In this document: positions 27,181 through 32,000 of the stretch, piece by piece
Numbering within the stretch: position 1 is the stretch's first letter
Layout: each line of letters begins with the position of its first letter
Assembly: GCA_048882505.1 (NCBI GenBank)
Contig: JBHLRO010000016.1
Location: 62,554-94,553 of the forward strand
Direction of reading: 5' to 3'
Length of the DNA stretch: 32,000 bases
DNA from: Candidatus Thorarchaeota archaeon
Lineage (GTDB): Archaea; Asgardarchaeota; Heimdallarchaeia; Hodarchaeales; Hodarchaeaceae
Program-made: the position numbers and the translations under genes
Notes under the pieces: generated by a model
Seen by the model: only the letters and a program-made list of their open reading frames with translations
Databases searched by the model: none
What the model was told of the DNA's origin: nothing

Positions 27181-27621
27181 TTGTCAAATATACGCATGTC
27201 TCAAGAAGAACTGCGGTTCATTTCCATGCTTGAAGGATTGACTGGAGCCTTAGCTTTGGACTGTATCTGGGACAAAACAGAGAGTCGTGTGATTTTTGTT
27301 GTGAGACGGCATGATACAGGCAAAGTTATTGGCCGTGGGGGAACCACTATCCGTCGGTTACGAGAACATTTCCAGAAACAGGTGGATGTTGTTGAATATT
27401 CTGAACAGCTCGAAAAATTTGCTTCAAACACCCTTGCCCCTGCAAAAACGCAGAATGTTGAATTACATGAAAAGTCGGGTAAGAAAACAGTTGTAATTAC
27501 CGTAATACCTCAGGAAAAAGGAAAAGCTATTGGTAAAAACGGAAGAAATATTCAAAAGTCTCGTTTGTTACTTAAACGCCATTTTGGTGTTAATAATGTT
27601 ATAATCCAAACACCTACGTAG
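27181..27621 (+). CDS. nusA: Archaeal NusA (KH-domain transcription factor)
   Basis: Two KH GxxG loops (GKVIGRGG, GKAIGKNG); position after rpl30e. Confidence 0.93.
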   Translation: MSNIRMSQEELRFISMLEGLTGALALDCIWDKTESRVIFVVRRHDTGKVIGRGGTTIRRLREHFQKQVDVVEYSEQLEKFASNTLAPAKTQNVELHEKSGKKTVVITVIPQEKGKAIGKNGRNIQKSRLLLKRHFGVNNVIIQTPT

Positions 27622-27763
27622 CACATTCTGCCAATAATTACCCCATCCCTATATTATTATACCCTCTGCAAAACAAGCTCTTGGAGTTACCAACGATTGA
27701 TCGGATAGTTCTAAAACCTTTAATTCCGACCTTTCGGCTGGTATTTGAATTTAGTGGTTAAAG

Positions 27764-28207
27764 ATGACTGGTTTAAAATCACCACGTGGAGAGTTTGCGG
27801 CACATAAACTAGTTAGGAAGCGCAAAAAATTCCAGTGGAAAAGCACGACGTACAAACGTAAGGTTCTTCGCCTTAAAGAGAAGTTTGATCCTTTAGAAGG
27901 TGCCCCTCAAGCTCGAGGAATCGTGATAGAGAAGGTTGGGATTGAATCCAAACAACCAAATTCCGCGATTCGAAAGTGTGTTCGTGTACAGTTAATCAAA
28001 AACGGTAAACAAGTTACTGCTTTTGTTCCTGGTGACGGAGGGCTATTGTTTATTGATGAACACGATGAAATAACCATTGAAGGGATTGGCGGTGCTAAAG
28101 GAAGAGCTATTGGAGATTTACCTGGCGTAAGATACAAGGTCATCCTTGTAAATGGGGTCAGTCTCGAAGCCATGCTTTCGGGCAAACGTGAGAAAGCCAT
28201 GCGTTGA
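27764..28207 (+). CDS. rps12: 30S ribosomal protein S12 (uS12)
   Basis: [41 protein letters not shown]. Confidence 0.97.
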   Translation: MTGLKSPRGEFAAHKLVRKRKKFQWKSTTYKRKVLRLKEKFDPLEGAPQARGIVIEKVGIESKQPNSAIRKCVRVQLIKNGKQVTAFVPGDGGLLFIDEHDEITIEGIGGAKGRAIGDLPGVRYKVILVNGVSLEAMLSGKREKAMR

Positions 28208-28336
28208 CTTCGAAGATACCGAAAAGGTCAGGGAATATTCCAAAGTCCTTTCCAGCTTTATTCCAAGTGTCTTGATGAAACTTCATGGTTATATGAAGAG
28301 CCCACGGAGACGAATTTATGGTGAATTTTTCCCTTT

Positions 28337-30490
28337 CTACCTTTCTAGAGGATTAAACCATAATTCTCGATATTTCTCGCGCAATCGTGCGTAAAATGGG
28401 GTGTTCTTGAGAGAATTGAGAACATGGGATCGTTGAACCTCAAAGGTAAAATTATTGGTTTGGAGTAATGTTACCTTACCGTTAACTGAAAGAATACAAC
28501 GTTGTCCAGTTGGCTCGATTTTTAGAAGGCTTCGAAGTTGTTCATAATCGGTTTTGCTCAAACCTAGAAGGTTAGAGATGGCGTAAGAATCATAATTGGT
28601 AAAAAAAATGACCAAAATACCTGTATTGGTTAGGATTGCCTGATCTATAATAGGGTCGGTACCCACGAATATCATCGATACATCATAAGCGCGCAGGGTC
28701 CATGGCCCACGACCAATCATGGAAGTTGGAGGTAGAGATCGATGATTATTAGTAGGAATGAGTTTCTGGGCCTCATCTAGGACAATCACGTTTTTTGGGA
28801 GGGAATCTTCTTTGTAAGGTAACCGAGAAGTTCTGATAAAATAATAAAGGAATTGAAAAACCACTTCAAGAAAGATTTGCCTACCTAATTGATCCTCCAT
28901 TGCCTCAAAGCCTGAAAGATCAATGATAGAATTCTTTTCCAATAGATCCCCGAGCTCAAAGGTTGTTTCACGAACTGTGAAACAACGTCCTGTGTTACCA
29001 AAGAAGAGTTTTTCAACACGGTTGATTATACCTGCCGATGTGTTCTCCAGATACGCCCCTTGAATACCTAGATCCTTAGGTGATTGAACCAATGAAACAA
29101 AGTGGTTGAAATCTCCACGATGTTTTACTGTTTCAATCACAGCCTGGTGCAGTACTCGACGCATCTGTGGCGAAACATTGTCACTATTTGCAAAAATATG
29201 TTCTAGAATGGAAACAACGAAAAGGATATGATCTTCCATAGGAATAAGGTCATCTCCTCTATTATCTTTCGGGATCTGAAAGATGTTTATTCCCCAGGGA
29301 AAAGTAGTAGATCCTGGTTTTATATAAATGAAATCCTCACAGAAAGATTTAACAGGCTGAATATATTCTCCTTTTGGGTCAAAAATGAGAAATTTGACCT
29401 TCTGACGGTAAAATTCCTTTATCACCCCATATATGAAGCGGCTTTTTCCCTCTCCGGTCATACCAAAAACTGCCATGTGTCTATTGAGATCGTTTCCTCC
29501 AAGTAATAAGGGGGTATTTGCCGTTCGGCCGCTAGTAATTGGCACACCGAGGTTGATAACAAACTTGGAGCCAGGACTGTTTAGTCTTGCTGATAAATTA
29601 TATTCGATCTTGTGTGGAACAAGGGAATAACCATTGTGTGAGTATTGCCGATGAGGCAGGGAAATAAAACCCATTAAGGAATAACCATCCAAAATAATAG
29701 GGGCAGCTAACTTCCGTTTTGAGATCATCCTCTTTAATCTTGTAAAGCGATTGAACCCCTTGGGGTAAATAGTGGTTCGAAATCCTTTAGATTCGAATAA
29801 AACGGACAGACGGGCTAATTTAGATTGGAGAGTTTGGCGATCTGTTTCGACAATTAGTACCCGTGGAGAAAATTCGTAACATCCCACTTCAGCCATAATA
29901 TTTCCTTTAATAGGGTTGATTCGTCTTTCAACCTTCCCCCCGTGTAAATCAAACCGAAATCGAGGAAGTGGTAGGTTAGACTCCCTAGGTTGGAATTCCT
30001 TAGGAACGTCGATAGAGTGAAAAACTAGCTGCGCAATAGCAAACTGCGGATTATCAGTCAAAACCTCTAAAAGGTCATCTGAAAAGGATCCCGCGGCTAC
30101 TGCGCCGTTATATTGGTGCTTTGGTGTAGCTACTATTCCTCCTGCATGAAAACTGCTAGGAAGACCCTCAATAGTCATTCTGCTTTTGAGCATTTCTAGC
30201 ACGATATGGATTGAGGGAGTATGAATTTTGAATAGATCCGGATGTAGCCCTAATGCAGACGCAAACTGCTTTATTACAGCTAAACCTCTTTCTTGATTAT
30301 TTTTCCCTAACCTACCTGCCCGTACAGGATACATGTCAATTTTAACCGTCTTCGGGGTAAAAACTGAATATTCTAACGAAAAAATCGAATCACTGTGCTG
30401 GAAAACAGAAATACTGGTTTTGTCATAATCCAACGGAACATACTCAAAGCTAAAGGCGGCTAATGACCTGGACATAGGACCATACATCAC
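28337..30490 (-). CDS. HerA/VirB4/FtsK-superfamily ATPase (DUF87-type) with ~300-aa unassigned N-terminus
   Basis: LNRHMAVFGMTGEGKS (Walker A), FDPKGEY, VIVLDEAQKL (Walker B). Confidence 0.82.
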   Translation of the reverse strand: MMYGPMSRSLAAFSFEYVPLDYDKTSISVFQHSDSIFSLEYSVFTPKTVKIDMYPVRAGRLGKNNQERGLAVIKQFASALGLHPDLFKIHTPSIHIVLEMLKSRMTIEGLPSSFHAGGIVATPKHQYNGAVAAGSFSDDLLEVLTDNPQFAIAQLVFHSIDVPKEFQPRESNLPLPRFRFDLHGGKVERRINPIKGNIMAEVGCYEFSPRVLIVETDRQTLQSKLARLSVLFESKGFRTTIYPKGFNRFTRLKRMISKRKLAAPIILDGYSLMGFISLPHRQYSHNGYSLVPHKIEYNLSARLNSPGSKFVINLGVPITSGRTANTPLLLGGNDLNRHMAVFGMTGEGKSRFIYGVIKEFYRQKVKFLIFDPKGEYIQPVKSFCEDFIYIKPGSTTFPWGINIFQIPKDNRGDDLIPMEDHILFVVSILEHIFANSDNVSPQMRRVLHQAVIETVKHRGDFNHFVSLVQSPKDLGIQGAYLENTSAGIINRVEKLFFGNTGRCFTVRETTFELGDLLEKNSIIDLSGFEAMEDQLGRQIFLEVVFQFLYYFIRTSRLPYKEDSLPKNVIVLDEAQKLIPTNNHRSLPPTSMIGRGPWTLRAYDVSMIFVGTDPIIDQAILTNTGILVIFFTNYDSYAISNLLGLSKTDYEQLRSLLKIEPTGQRCILSVNGKVTLLQTNNFTFEVQRSHVLNSLKNTPFYARLREKYRELWFNPLER

Positions 30491-30767
30491 GATCGGAAGT
30501 TCTGGTTCATAATATTGACCAGTCTCTCAAACCTGTTGTCCATGTTATCCTTATAATAGCCCCAAAATGTTTTGAGCAAAACAAGGGTTAACTCCCTCTC
30601 CATATAAAGGTACATCATATCTACAGCCGAACAGACACTAGATCCAATCTTATTAAATATGGGCTATTTTTTATCCCCATTTCTTTATCAGGGGGGTTCT
30701 ACGACCTTGCAATTTTTGGGGCACGCCACTCATACATGAGCAGCTTCAAGGCCACAGGGTTATGTTC

Positions 30768-30795
30768 GGTTTCGGCTGCCCTGGCAGCCAAAACC
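30768..30795 (-). other. Strong hairpin in the 16S 3' trailer (processing or terminator element)
   Basis: GGTTTTGGCTGCC-AG-GGCAGCCGAAACC, ~12-13 bp stem, ~27 nt after the 16S 3' end. Confidence 0.55.
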
Positions 30796-30819
30796 AGCTG
30801 GATTCCCAGCAAATTTGTA

Positions 30820-32000
<1,181 letters not shown>

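Noticed and set aside
28337-30490. HerA-NurA DNA-end resection operon
   Set aside because: No nurA, mre11 or rad50 nearby; long N-terminal extension unlike a HAS barrel.

Overview
A 32-kb stretch of an archaeal chromosome, most likely an Asgard archaeon, possibly Heimdallarchaeia-like. That placement is inferred from the gene set, the eukaryote-like EF1A motifs, an Asgard-type CxxC..H..H protein and an unlinked 16S gene; no database search was possible. The window is mostly informational genes: pan (3' part), rpoL, DUF655-ksgA, rpoD-rpl18e-rpl13-rps9, rpoA1-rpoA2-rpl30e-nusA-rps12, a divergent tfb, and the 3' ~1.2 kb of a stand-alone 16S rRNA gene. All three tRNA genes carry introns at non-canonical positions: the Ser-GCT variable arm, the Arg-GCG D-loop (plus 37/38), and Ile-GAT 15/16. 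Two things stand out. (1) A tandem pair of divergent EF1A-family GTPases (440 and 509 aa) has Hbs1/eRF3/eEF1A-like signatures and large insertions. (2) A ~10-kb membrane cluster between tRNA-Ile and rpoA1 contains a VirB11/TadA-type ATPase, a TadC/T2SSF-like platform, proteins built from VirB2/CedA1-like two-helix units and a 1191-aa surface glycoprotein. An orphan HerA/VirB4-like ATPase lies 5.5 kb away. Together these may form an uncharacterised hybrid pilus or DNA-exchange machine. No integrase, transposase, CRISPR array or att repeat was seen. Family assignments rest on motifs recalled from memory and need HMM or structure confirmation.
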